Positions 1-11,428 of a stretch of DNA of 64,000 bases are shown here, one piece after another (position 1 is the stretch's first letter; every line of letters starts with the position of its first letter). The notes below the pieces were generated by a model, which made no database searches, was not told the DNA's origin, and saw only the letters and a list, made by a program, of their open reading frames with translations. This stretch comes from Nitrospirales bacterium. GTDB taxonomy: Bacteria; Nitrospirota; Nitrospiria; Nitrospirales; UBA8639. The stretch is from the NCBI GenBank assembly GCA_965203295.1, contig CBDBCZ010000017.1, forward strand, positions 1,344,001 to 1,408,000, written 5' to 3'. A program made the translations under genes and the position numbers.

Positions 1-1191
1 TGTCCGTGAATGTGTTTGGAAATATTTGAATGAGTCATATTGTCGCCAATGCAACTATCCTCCTGAATTGGAAGGCTGGATTCCAGAGTTAGAGTTCAAA
101 CTTGAACCATGTGTCAGTGGGTGTGGGGAGCCTTAAATTAGTAAATGCACAAACAATGACTGTCCGCATTATTTTTAGAGCTATATAGAGTGTATCGTTG
201 TAGGCTGTATAATAGCTGTGGTTCTACATTTTATACGCAAAAGTTTTTTAGTTACCAAAATTGGCAGTGTTTAGACTGTTAGAAAGTCCTGTACATGTAT
301 ATGGTCGCTCTTATTAATTTGATCATAAGTTTGTTTTTTATGAAGTGTGAGTCTATAATATTTTTATACCTTGTGTTATTGTTATAGCTTAATAATGTGA
401 TATTCACAAAAATACTTCTGTATGAAAATGTGTGACTGGCTTTTTATAGTTTTACTAGTTTTTATCACTTACAGGCTTTAATTTCTACCCCATTCTGATA
501 ATTTATATGTACTAAAGTTTTTTGTTATGCAGTAGTAAATTGGGAGTGTGTGCGATTTAATTTTATAAGAGCCAGTACAATGTCCTTTTTTAAGGGGAGA
601 GATTTCTTGGATGGCATGGTCTTGGAACAAAGGACGTAAGAACGGTATGCACATTTTCCTTCAAGGAAACTTATGCATAATTATAATATTATGTTCCGCG
701 CAAACCAGGAAGTTGCGCAATCTTGGGATTACGCTACGCAAAGTAGGAATCCATACTTTGGCGCGCAATCCCAGGATTGCGCAGTTTTTTGCGCGAAGTG
801 GGAATACGTTGCGCAAACCCTGCACTGCGCATATTTGTTCGTACAAAGTTAGATTTTTGATATGAAGCGCATGTAGGGACAAAGTATGAACAGCAAAGGG
901 TCAAGTGCTGTAAAAACAAACAGTGGTTACAAAACCAATCGCCAACATGATGTGTATTAAAACCAACAATTGTAATGAAACCATTTGTCACAATCATTAC
1001 ATTGTCATATTATTCTGGTAATCTACAATCACAATAAAAACGGATGAATGAAACTGATGGCTTGCAAGCCGCTAGAGACACTGCATTACTGTCCTGGCGT
1101 GGCATTTTTATAGCTAGCTGTAGAAGTAACAACATCACGTGTGCGCAAAAGTGGAATACCATACCATACCATACAATACAATACAATACAT

Positions 1192-1968
1192 TATAGTATT
1201 TTGCGTGGGCGGATCAAAGGCGAAAAGTGTGCTTTATTTTCCATATAGCAGTTATGGTGTGAAGAGTGCTATATGAAAACTCATACAGCACAGGAAGTAC
1301 AATATAGAACAGGTCATGGGTAATTGAGAACTTTTTGCAATTAACTGTAAACAGAATCCACGAAAGTGCAGCAGGGCCAGCTGCAAGTGCGGCAAAGCAA
1401 AGGTACTTGAACGGAGCAAAAACGGCTAGCGACAGTTAATACAGAGATTGGTAAATGCACAAAAAGCGCTACTTAATACGGCAAGAAAAACGGGCTGGTA
1501 AAGAGACAGTACTAGCTACAAATGGCAAACACTCCTAGCAAATGGGAACAACCATACGGAGCTCATCCATGGTACAACACGTTAGCTACCATGGTACCAG
1601 TAAAGCCTTGAGCCTAGCAGTGCTATTTGATGCACAAAGCGGTAAGCTTGCAGCGTACAGACAGACGGAAACGCAACAAAACTAGGCATACACCGAGAAT
1701 AGCAGCTTACCATGCTTTCTACATCGATTGTCGAGCGATCTGTGAGCCAAAAAACGCCATATCCCTCCAGGACCAGCACAAAATTCAAACGTGAAATACT
1801 ATAAACCAGTTAAAGCACCGTATACCCTCGTGCACTACGTGAAATATTGCACTTGGGCGTGGTCTCGAGGCCAAATATAGCACTCGGCTTCGCCTCGTGC
1901 TATATTTGCCTCTCGCCCACGCCCTCGTGCAATATTTCACGTAGTGCACTCGGGACGGTGCTTTAACT
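1192..1968. mobile_element. Non-autonomous element with a short IR pair and a terminal ~160-bp hairpin, embedded in a (TACAA)n microsatellite
   Basis: tatagtattttgcgtg (1192) is inverted relative to cgtgaaatactata (~1790-1803). Imperfect palindrome 1808-1968 (agttaaagcaccgt...acggtgctttaact) with apex ctcggcttcgcctcg. (TACCA/TACAA)n lies on both sides. Confidence 0.6.
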
Positions 1969-2078
1969 AATACAATACAATACAATACAATACAATACAA
2001 TACAATACAATACAATACAATACAATACAATACAATACAATACAATACAATACAATACAAAAACAAAACAATACAATT
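1969..2078. repeat. (TACAA)n microsatellite
   Basis: About 18 perfect pentamer copies read directly. Confidence 0.95.
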
Positions 2079-2311
2079 AATACACACACCAGTCAAATTA
2101 CACCGTCAAGGGAAGGGGGTAGAGTCAGGTGACGGTGTAGCCACAGGGTGGCATTGCCACGCCACAGGGCAATGGCGGTCCTGCTGAAAAGGTGCTTGGT
2201 AGAGTTGGCTGCGCAATCCCGGGATTGCGCGCCAAAGTATGGATTCCTAGTTTGTTTGTTTTTTTACAATACAATACTGCTTCAGGCAAAAGTGTACCAG
2301 TGGTAGTTTGA

Positions 2312-2729
2312 ATGGCAGACTTGCACTATAGCAAAATTCTAATTAGAGCACAATTTTTTTAGCCGTTGCCCCTAGCGACCAAATATATTGTAGCCCTTAA
2401 TACACTTATGAAAAAAATCCAAGTTTGAAAATCATAGCTTGTTTGAACATTAAGATATGCAGACGCAAGTTTTCGATTTCCTGTACATTCTTAATGGAGA
2501 TGTGCTTTTTTGACCCCCAACTGACTTTGGGGGTCAAAAAAGCACCTCTCCATTGAAAATGTACAGGAATTTGGAAACTTTGCGTCTGCATATCTTGATG
2601 ATCAAACAAGCTATGATTTTCAAACTTGGATTTTTTTTTCATATGGCTACAACATATTTGGTCGCTAGGGGCAACAGCTAAAAAATTGTGCTCTAATTTG
2701 AATTTTTGCTATAGTGCAAGTCTGCCATT
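2312..2729. mobile_element. ~420-bp foldback (almost fully palindromic) MITE
   Basis: aatggcagacttgcactatagcaaaa... (2312-) pairs with ...ttttgctatagtgcaagtctgccatt (-2729). The arms continue inward to tttttgacccccaa / ttgggggtcaaaaa around a few-nt loop at ~2521-2526. Confidence 0.85.
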
Positions 2730-2915
2730 GCGCAATTCTAGGATTGCGCAAATTCCTGGTTCGCGCGGAACATATATAGAGCACACTACCGCTACAAAAG
2801 TTTGACGCTTGGCTTATACATGTATTAGTATAGTCCTAGTCAAATGCAGTCTGTAGATCTCTTCAGTGTATTAAATATTCATCAAAGCTCTCCCATGAAT
2901 GATAGCTCACTTGCA

Positions 2916-3083
2916 ATGGGCAGAGAGTGACAGCAGAAAGACAGACGAGATACTCGCATATGCCATATTATTCAGTATGCTCAGGACGGCTCTTACCCTC
3001 CCGAGCTCACGAAGGAAAAGAAAAGAGCTGTCAGAAAGCGTACTCAGACCCTCCTAACCATAGATAAAGGCGAAGTGACCTAA
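2916..3083 (+). pseudogene. Decayed N-terminal fragment resembling a Ginger/GIN-type integrase
   Basis: The frame at 2958 reads ICHIIQYAQDGSYPPELTKEKKRAVRKRTQTLLTIDKGEVT*. This resembles the Y..G.YP....K.KR.IR motif that precedes gypsy/Ginger integrase Zn-finger regions. Upstream frameshifts are present. Recognition is from memory only. Confidence 0.4.
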
Positions 3084-3741
3084 TCTGGCACTGGTACGGT
3101 ACGCGGTACGGCCGGCCAGCAACTATCCAAACTTGCACGTGCAGGCCCACGGGAAACAAATTTTTAGGGGGTCCACATATTAATTATTTCAGAAACAAGT
3201 CTGACATTTCATGTCTAAAAACCAGCCGGGCACCTTTCCCGTACATTACAATAAGTTACACACAACTCAGCGTAGGCCAAGCTAACTGCAGCTGCAGAAC
3301 TACAAATTATAGCAACTATAGTCACGTGATCACGTTCCCAGACCTACAAATTATCAGCGAAAGTGCTGACTCAGCAGTTTCGTCGTGCGCTTCTAGTTAG
3401 AAGTTATACGCCACCAAAACAGGATCTTTACGGATACCTACCAAGTTTTCGCCATCTAGGCAACTTACAACTACCTTCGTTTGCTGTAGCTTGGCCTGCA
3501 AACCTCCAAAAGCTGCTATATACTGCAGTTGCATAGTAAGCAGTTGCATAGTAACGCATGACGTATACTGCGCACGTGATAAGTGCGGACGCACAAACAA
3601 ACAGACGCGGAAAACGTAAAGCAGATCTAGGACCAGCCGTTCGCGCGCTGCGCGCGCTCCGGCTGGTAAAAATCGTTCCGGGGGCAACGAGTTCGAAGGG
3701 GGTCCAAATTAAACGCGATAGCCCTCCATTTAAATTCTGCT

Positions 3742-4357
3742 ATGGCTCGGTGCTGTAGTCGGAGCACGCTGGTTGTTTTGGCAGTGTCTGTGGGTCTGCT
3801 TGCGTATGTATCATTCCAGAAGACCACAGTGACAATTAAGTTGAGCAGAGTCATCAAGAGCGACTCCCATGCAGTCGGTTTTCCAGCTGTTCAAAAACCC
3901 TGAGGTACTGACGCGATACCAGCCATACACACAGACAGTGGAGGTGAAAGGCAAAGTTGAGAAACCCTCATTAGGCTCAGAGAGTATCATAACTGAATAC
4001 ATTTTGAGAGGTGATACCACACTTTCACTTTTGTTTGGTATAGAGCTCACAGCTGTCATTGATGGAAACTATAGCTATATGCTCAGTAACGCTCTTCAGT
4101 CTGAGGATTTCATGTTATCTATGGACCTTAAGTCTTCTTCTCTGGGGATTACAATGGATATGGATGCTGTGTGGACGATAGCCCACACTAAGGAGGGTGA
4201 AACTTTGCTCTCTGAAGTTCTCCAGCTTTACCCCCCCCCCCCCCCCAAAATCATGGCGAGCCTTGTGGAAAATACAGCAAGGTGTGCTCATGAGATCATG
4301 CTGAACAGTATAAAAGAAAGTGCTGAAAGAGATTTAAAGTCTGAATTTATGGACTAG
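3742..4357 (+). pseudogene. Intronless N-terminally membrane-anchored SRPBCC/START-like protein, split by a 1-nt frameshift near 3860
   Basis: ATG 3742 gives MARCCSRSTLVVLAVSVGLLAYVSFQKTTVTIKLSRVIK. A +1 shift joins TPMQSVFQLFKNPEVLTRYQPY...(ORF 3869-4357), restoring an SRPBCC-like start (beta strand-P-x-x-VF...P) and a C-terminal amphipathic helix. Confidence 0.55.
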
Positions 4358-4364
4358 ACTCTAA

Positions 4365-4612
4365 GGCCACTCCAAATTAATTTACTTCCCTGTCTACCGC
4401 CCGCATCCTATTTGTGTACCCACATCTGCCTTAATTTTAGTATTTTCTGCACTATATTCGCACGCTACAGCAAAAAAAAAATCATTTTAGCAGCATAAAA
4501 TGCCTATAATTATACAATGTAGGGGAAGCCAGTGAATGTACGAAAGTCCTATAGTCCTTATCAACCGCCCGCCCATATCCTGTGGGAAAACTAAAGATTA
4601 TTTGGAGTGGCC
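4365..4612. mobile_element. PIF/Harbinger-like MITE
   Basis: TIR ggccactccaaat(t)aat / attatttggagtggcc, flanks TAA / TAG. Same terminal motif as the element at 18827-19224. Confidence 0.6.
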
Positions 4613-5360
4613 TAGTGACAGGGAACAGTAGATTATAATTACAGACAATGACTATTAATCCTTTCACTGGTAGAGACCTCCTTCCATAAGTTTCATATAA
4701 ATTTATATGGTGTCTTTATATTAGGCGTTAATGTACATGTAACTAATTGGTTATTAGGTTTTGTAGGTATTTAAGTGAGTATGCTGTGTTATTTGGTATG
4801 TCTGTACAGTGTCATGCTTGCAGTGTATAGAAATGATGAGCTTGTGTGAAGAACTGCATGCATCTCGCCGACCTCTTCCATTATATTCTGTTCAGAAAAG
4901 CAATGTAGCTAGTCGAGTCTCCCACAGACACCGTGCATGCCAGATGCATGGCAATGACGATTTTATGTTGCAGTTTTCTATATGCAGCAGCAACTCTTGG
5001 ACCCAATCCATCAGGACATGTATTGCATTGTAAAATAGCCCTTAGTTATCAGTGGTGTAACCACTACTAACCAGCTATCTCATATAGCCGGCTACTTATA
5101 AGCTGTACCTAGTAATTTTAAATTTTAAAAAATCTGTACACCCCCCTGTCTACACTGTGAACATACATACATTTACAGGAGTGCTGTTTAGTCAAAAGTA
5201 TAAAATACGTACCTATACAGTCTAGATCTCAGTGCGAATAAAAATCAGCGAAGTGTTCCCATGAATGATACAAGTATAACATGGTACTATAGAAGTTTGT
5301 TATCATAATAAGACCAATAAGTTCTTTTTTGCTGTAGTAAACGAAACTGATGCAATTAAG

Positions 5361-7199
5361 TTACTGCTTGCTATTTCCACACGCAGGAAATGTCTCTTGC
5401 TCAAAGTGTAAGGAAGTGTGACCTTTGCTACCATTTCCAAACCTCCTTCCCTGCCTCTCAGCTGACGGCAGAAGTGGTTCGTACTCCTCAGGATGAGCAA
5501 CCCTGTCAGGGAAATCATCTCTGTCACTGTAATCATCCATATGATTATCAACACGAGGTAAAGTAGCTCTTTGAGATATAATTTTCTGAAACAATGGGGA
5601 ACAGTGCTGGTGTAGACCCGATCGGAGTAGTATTTGATAGGTGATGTATAATACGATATATAAGAGAGGGATAACTGCCAGTCCATATGCCATGTCAAAA
5701 CGAGTGTGATTAACATACCTTGCATACACAGTAGACACTTCTCCAAAGCAATACAGTGCAAAAGCGACCGAGTCCCAGATGTTTATCCAGCTTTCTTTGT
5801 ATGGCCGAAGAAGAGCAAATAGCAAAGAAGCTACACCAAGTGTTAAAGCCCTCAAAATTTGTCTATTGTGACTAGACAATACGGATGTATTAATTATCAT
5901 AACACGAAAAATCAGGTAAAATCCGGCAAAGTATCTCCAGTCAGGAGTTCCCGCAGTCCCATCCTTGTAGTGTCCTTGGAAGGCATCTGCGAATATGTGC
6001 AGTGCATGCCATCGAACTCTGAAACAGTCTAGACATTTCTGAAAGATTCGGACTGGGTACAGCAACAGAAGTAACAGTGGCATTATAATGAAAATGATAG
6101 CCATGGCTATAGCGGAAACAGCAAAGGGGAGGTGCTCTGCACTGAAGTTTGGAATTGATGCATTGTAAAACACGCTAACGTTTGACCTCTGACTTGGAAT
6201 AGCGTATAATGAGCACGCACGAAGTGAAATAGATGATACAAACACAATCTTTGAATACGAAAGCAATAAAAATGAGGCAAATATGTGAACCAGAGATGCT
6301 GTTGGGTTCCAACTACTTATTCTGCCAGCACAACACTTGTGAAATGGCCTCCACAACCATATAAGTATCCCACAGCCTCTAGCATGTAGCTGGATGCAGG
6401 CGTATAAAACTAAAATCAGGACCATAGGATAAAAAGCTTCTATATACTTTAGAGATAAAGACTGCAGTGTGGTTAGTTGGGTACTTATGCAAAATGGAGG
6501 AATGAGGTAGGTGAAGAAGTCCAGATTTGTGACTCCAAAGAGAGTCAGGAGTACTACTGTGAGGTTGTGGACAGGCTTTGAGGCCTGCATGAATGAGTAT
6601 GGGTCTGTGTTTACTGAAGTAATCAAAGTCTGAGTGACAAATACGAAGGCATTCAGTGGTGCTGCAGTTATGCGAATCTGGCAAAACAATAGAATAAGGA
6701 AAAGCAATGTAGTTGGGAACGTTGCAAGGAAAATGTACAATAGCCACCCGTAACCACTATCCAAGCACTTTGTACACTGAAGTGTGTATGAGAGCACAAC
6801 AGGTCCCAGACCAGGCTGACAGTGGCTACACTGAACGCCTGTCCGATTCAACCCACCACACATGAACTCGTTCAACTGAGTGACATCCTGTGGTAGCTTT
6901 ACGTATGCTTCTTTTACATCAGGTTTGTGGTAATTAAATGGACAGGGACCTACCACAGTTTCGTTAGTTGCCTCATCGTATGTCATACAACTGCCAAAAC
7001 TAAGCATTGTCGAGTTGGAGGACTGGTTGCAAAGTACCGCTCCACTCAATGAATTCCCACACACACAAGTATCGGTACCATTGAAGACTTGATGGACAAA
7101 CCAGGTCGGGCACTGCTCACTCTCTTTATTCAAATCTCCTTCATGACAGTGCACCACTGATGACAGTAGCAACAGCAATAAAAACATGAGGCTTGCCAT
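5361..7199 (-). CDS. Intronless 612-aa membrane protein: signal peptide, Cys-rich ectodomain, ~9-10 TM segments, cytoplasmic PDR..P..YEPL tail (copy A1)
   Basis: Long uninterrupted ORF; first true ATG at 7199 (MASLMFLLLLLL). Contains CGGLNRTGVQCSHC, FQGHYKDG..DWRYF and LLRPYKESWIN motifs. A near-identical paralogue lies at 9043-10884. Confidence 0.9.
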   Translation of the reverse strand: MASLMFLLLLLLSSVVHCHEGDLNKESEQCPTWFVHQVFNGTDTCVCGNSLSGAVLCNQSSNSTMLSFGSCMTYDEATNETVVGPCPFNYHKPDVKEAYVKLPQDVTQLNEFMCGGLNRTGVQCSHCQPGLGPVVLSYTLQCTKCLDSGYGWLLYIFLATFPTTLLFLILLFCQIRITAAPLNAFVFVTQTLITSVNTDPYSFMQASKPVHNLTVVLLTLFGVTNLDFFTYLIPPFCISTQLTTLQSLSLKYIEAFYPMVLILVLYACIQLHARGCGILIWLWRPFHKCCAGRISSWNPTASLVHIFASFLLLSYSKIVFVSSISLRACSLYAIPSQRSNVSVFYNASIPNFSAEHLPFAVSAIAMAIIFIIMPLLLLLLYPVRIFQKCLDCFRVRWHALHIFADAFQGHYKDGTAGTPDWRYFAGFYLIFRVMIINTSVLSSHNRQILRALTLGVASLLFALLRPYKESWINIWDSVAFALYCFGEVSTVYARYVNHTRFDMAYGLAVIPLLYIVLYITYQILLRSGLHQHCSPLFQKIISQRATLPRVDNHMDDYSDRDDFPDRVAHPEEYEPLLPSAERQGRRFGNGSKGHTSLHFEQETFPACGNSKQ

Positions 7200-7869
7200 C
7201 GGGTGTATAGCACAGTCCAAAGCAAATTAAAGACTTGTTGGTAGAGCTATCAGTAAGCTGTAAACTCGGCTACAAGCATTACTAGCCAGTTGTACATGTG
7301 TTTCATCTTTATTGCTTCACTCTGTATGAAGCCCATGAATGCATGCCTGCAGGATGGGTGTGACTAGCAACACTGGAGCTAATAAGGAATACTCTGCCCA
7401 CGTAATTTGGCTTACAGTATGATCTTTCCAATAACTATTTCAAATATTATATATCTTTTTAGAGACTATGTAGTATCTTACTGGTAGCTGGATTTGAAGT
7501 TGACTGTGCTGACAAAGACAGATATTATTTATAGAAAATAATAATTATAAAATGCATGACGAATGAAAAATTAATAGAAGATAGCATCCGTAGTTGCTAC
7601 TTATTGCTACAAGTAAAGTCATATACATTAATGTGGTGGGTGCAGTGCATGTGGGCTTGAGGGGATATTCCTGAAAGGAAGACGTGGGAAGATAAAAGTA
7701 GTTTGTGTAACACAGCATCCACACACTAGTTGTCAATAGTAAACACTAGTAGAGTTGATAACTGTAGTAATATCATTTCACTGTGGATCAAAATGCAGAA
7801 AATACTTCTCGATTGGTACATGAACTAAAGAGATGTGTTCTTCATCCAGTTCATTTAAAAAACCCTTTC

Positions 7870-8125
7870 AATGTCTCTCTGCATGCTAATGACAGAAGTG
7901 GTTCGTACTGTTTAGGATGAGCAACCCTGTCAGGGAAATTGTTTGTGTCAATGTAATCAATAATTATAATGATTGTCGATACGGGGGAAAGGAGTTCCTT
8001 GAGTTGTAACTTCTGAAACATGAGGAGCAGTGCTGGTGCAAGTCTGATTGAAGTAGCCTGTGATAGGCGATATATTTTAAAGACGAAGCTTGCATCGTGG
8101 TTAGTTTACTACTTATAAACTGCAA
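7870..8125 (-). pseudogene. Internally deleted remnant of the multi-TM gene family (copy B1)
   Basis: The segment encoding ISSKLTTMQASSLKYI is fused directly to the C-terminal region (...NNFPDRVAHPKQYEPLL). It occupies the same position relative to A1 as pseudogene B2 does to A2. Confidence 0.75.
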
Positions 8126-8419
8126 CCAAACTATGGCTACAGTAACCCATCTATTTCTGCAGTGATGCACTAGATCAGTAGCTACCTCTTGGAATGAATG
8201 CTATAGATTATGGGGGTGTGAAATAGTTTGATTGACTAAGTGAAGCACTATATGATAGCAACACAATTGTGGGGTGAATAATCTATAGCGTTTTTCAGCA
8301 TATAGCTAGTCTCACATATCTTGCTGTGTAAGAGCTGTACTGGGATATACATCTGGTACATAATTATACTAGAGCTCTACATACTGTCAGTAGTATAGAG
8401 GCTCTACACAGTCACACAC

Positions 8420-8561
<142 letters not shown>

Positions 8562-9042
8562 GTGTCACACTTGCACACCTAACGCACATGAACATGAGGT
8601 GAAGTCACCATTATAGTCTCAAAATGATCATGCATGATGCAAGTTTTCTACAAGCCTCCATACATGTACCTGTTCTCTGCTTGTCAATACTGTTTATACT
8701 CCTTACACATGCAGCGTGGGGTGTTCAGTAAAGACTATATGCATGTAGCCACCCTTCACTGATTGCTATGACAGTGAAGCCTACATGACTGTGTATTAAA
8801 TTTTGTAGTGTCTAATGCCACCACACCTTACTGCATTATGAATTGTATAATCAAAAATGAGAGGCTAACTGCAACTGTTGGTGTATACCAGAATATAACA
8901 AAGAACACTATATTATATGCAAAGTGCACTATAATAGCATATGCCCAACAAAAACTGAAGAAAAATAGCATACCAACATTTTCAGTAAAATAATAAGTAC
9001 GAAACAAAACAAACCCTGCAGCTACATGTACTAGCTAATATA

Positions 9043-10884
9043 TCACTTACTATTTCCACATGCAGGAAAAGTCTCATAATCATTGTATGAAGAATTGATT
9101 TCCTCATTAATATTCTGTGCATTTCCGTACCTCCTTCCCTGCCGCTCAGCTGATTGTACAAGTGGCTCATACAGTTCAGGATGAGCAACCCTGTCAGGGA
9201 AATCATCTCTGTCTCTGTGATCTCCATAATGATTATCAACACGAGGCAAAGTAGCTCTTTGAGTTGTAACTTTCTGAAAGAATGAGGAGCAGCGCTGGTG
9301 CAGGCCCAATCGGAGTAGTATTTGATAGGTAATGTATAATACGATATATACGAGAGGGATAACTGTCATTCCATATGCCATGTCAAAACGAGTGTGATTA
9401 ATATACCTTGCGTACACAGTACCCACTTCTCCAAAGCAATACAGTGCAAAAGCAACCGAGTCCCAGATGTTTATCCAGCTTTCTTTGTATGGCCGAAGAA
9501 GAGCAAATAGCAAAGAAGCTACACCAAATGTTAAAGTCCTCAAAATTTGTCTATTGTAACTGGACAATACGGATGTATTAATTATCATAACACGAAAAAT
9601 CAAATAAAATCCGGCAAAGTATCTCCAATCGGGAGTTCCCGCAGTCCCATCCTTGTAGTGTCCTTGGAAGGCATCTGCGAATATGTGCAGTGCATGCCAT
9701 CGAACTCTGAAACAGTCTAGACATTTCTGAAAGATTCGGACTGGGTACAGCAACAGAAGTAACAGTGGCATTACAATGAAAATGATAGCCATGGCTATAG
9801 CAGAAACAGCAAAGGGGAGATGCTCTGCACTGAAGTTTGGAATTGATGCATTGTAAAACACGCTAACGTTTGACCTCTGACCAGAAATAGCGTATAATGA
9901 GCAGACACGGAGTGAAATAGATGATACAAACACAATCTTTGAATACGAAAGCAATAAAAATGAGGCAAATATGTGAACCAGAGATACTGTTGGGTTCCAA
10001 CTACTTATTCTGCCAGCACAACACTTGTGAAATGGCCTCCACAACCATATGAGTATCCCACAGCCTCTAGCATGTAGCTGGATGCAGGCGTATAAAACTA
10101 AAATCAGGATCATAGGATAAAAAGCTTCTATATACTTTAGAGATAAAGACTGCAGTGTAGTTAGTTGGGTACTTATGCAAAATGGAGGAATGAGGTAGTT
10201 GAAGAAGTCCAGATTTGTGATTCCAAAGAGAGTCAGGAGTACTACTGTGAGGTTGTGGACAGGCTTTGAGGCCTGTATGAATGAGTATGGGTCTGTGTTT
10301 ACTGAAGTAACCAAAGTCTGAGTGACAAATACGAAGGCATTCAATGGTGCTGCAGTGATGCGAATCTGGCAAAACAATAGAATGAGGAAAAGTAATGTAG
10401 TTGGGAACGTTGCAAGGAAAATGTACAATAGCCACCCGTAACCACTATCCAAGCACTTTGTACACTGAAGTGTGTATGAGAACACAACAGGTCCCAGACC
10501 AGGCTGACAATGGCTGCACTGAACGCCTGTCCGATTCAATCCACCACACATGAACTCGTTCAACTGAGTGACATCCTGTGGTAGCTTTACGTATGCTTCT
10601 TTGACATCAGGTTTGTGGTGATTAAATGGACACGGACCTACCACAGTTTCGTTAGTTGCCTCATCATATGTCATGCAACAACCACAACTAACCATCGTTG
10701 AGTTGGAGGACTGGTTACAAAGTACCATTCCATTAAATGAATTCCCACACACACAAGTATCGGTACCATTGAAGACTTGATGGACAAACCAGGTCGGGCA
10801 CTGCTCACTCTCTCTGTTCAAGTCTCTTTGACAGTGCACCACTGATGACAGTAGCAACAGCAATAAAAACATGAGGCTAGCCAT
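9043..10884 (-). CDS. Intronless 613-aa Cys-rich/multi-TM membrane protein (copy A2)
   Basis: Uninterrupted ORF with ATG at 10884. Nearly identical to A1 except in the C-terminal tail. The upstream flank is also duplicated (7200-7870 vs 10885-11430). Confidence 0.9.
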   Translation of the reverse strand: MASLMFLLLLLLSSVVHCQRDLNRESEQCPTWFVHQVFNGTDTCVCGNSFNGMVLCNQSSNSTMVSCGCCMTYDEATNETVVGPCPFNHHKPDVKEAYVKLPQDVTQLNEFMCGGLNRTGVQCSHCQPGLGPVVFSYTLQCTKCLDSGYGWLLYIFLATFPTTLLFLILLFCQIRITAAPLNAFVFVTQTLVTSVNTDPYSFIQASKPVHNLTVVLLTLFGITNLDFFNYLIPPFCISTQLTTLQSLSLKYIEAFYPMILILVLYACIQLHARGCGILIWLWRPFHKCCAGRISSWNPTVSLVHIFASFLLLSYSKIVFVSSISLRVCSLYAISGQRSNVSVFYNASIPNFSAEHLPFAVSAIAMAIIFIVMPLLLLLLYPVRIFQKCLDCFRVRWHALHIFADAFQGHYKDGTAGTPDWRYFAGFYLIFRVMIINTSVLSSYNRQILRTLTFGVASLLFALLRPYKESWINIWDSVAFALYCFGEVGTVYARYINHTRFDMAYGMTVIPLVYIVLYITYQILLRLGLHQRCSSFFQKVTTQRATLPRVDNHYGDHRDRDDFPDRVAHPELYEPLVQSAERQGRRYGNAQNINEEINSSYNDYETFPACGNSK

Positions 10885-11428
10885 CGGGTGTATAGCACAG
10901 TCCAAAGCAAAATTTTAATTAAAGACTTGTTGGTACGTATATAGCTATCAGTAAGCTGTAAACTCGGCTACAAGCATTACTAGCCCATTGTACATGTGTT
11001 TCATCTTTATTGCTTTACTCTGTATGAAGCCCATGAATGCATGCATGTCTGCAGGATGGGAGTGACTTGCAACACAGGAGCTAATAAGGAATAAGTTGCC
11101 CACATAATTTGGATCTTTCCAATACAAATAATAATACTTTTAAAAATCTGTGATGAAGACAGCTTCGTCTATAGTTAGCTACTTATTATTATATACATGA
11201 ATGTGTGGGTGTAGTGCATGTGGGCTGGAGGGATATTCCTGAAAGGAAGACGTGGGAAGATAATAGTAGTTGTGTAACACAGCATCCACACACAAGTTGT
11301 CAATAGTAAACACTATTAGAGTTGATTACTTTTGCAATATCTTTCACTGTTGATAAAAATGCAGGGAATACTTCTCGATCGGTACATTAGGAGATGTGTT
11401 CTTCACCCAGTTCATTTACAAATCCCTT

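Larger units (their letters stand above)
692..2772. mobile_element. Non-autonomous TIR DNA element with TGT...ACA ends (Ginger-like termini), carrying nested insertions
   Basis: Left end tgttccgcgcaaaccaggaagttgcgcaatc (692-) is the reverse complement of gattgcgcaaattcctggttcgcgcggaaca (-2772). The inner part of the right TIR (gcgcaatcccgggattgcgcgccaaagtatggattccta, ~2211-2249) matches left ~744-783. Flanked by TA on both sides. Confidence 0.7.

Noticed and set aside
6379..6747. 122-aa alternative-frame ORF conserved in both TM paralogues (also 10067-10435)
   Set aside because: The conservation is explained by the very recent duplication of the host gene.
7200..7220. ORF-track N-terminus MDCAIHP (also 10885-10905)
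   Set aside because: It starts at TTG. In a eukaryote the first ATG (7199 / 10884) gives a proper signal peptide.
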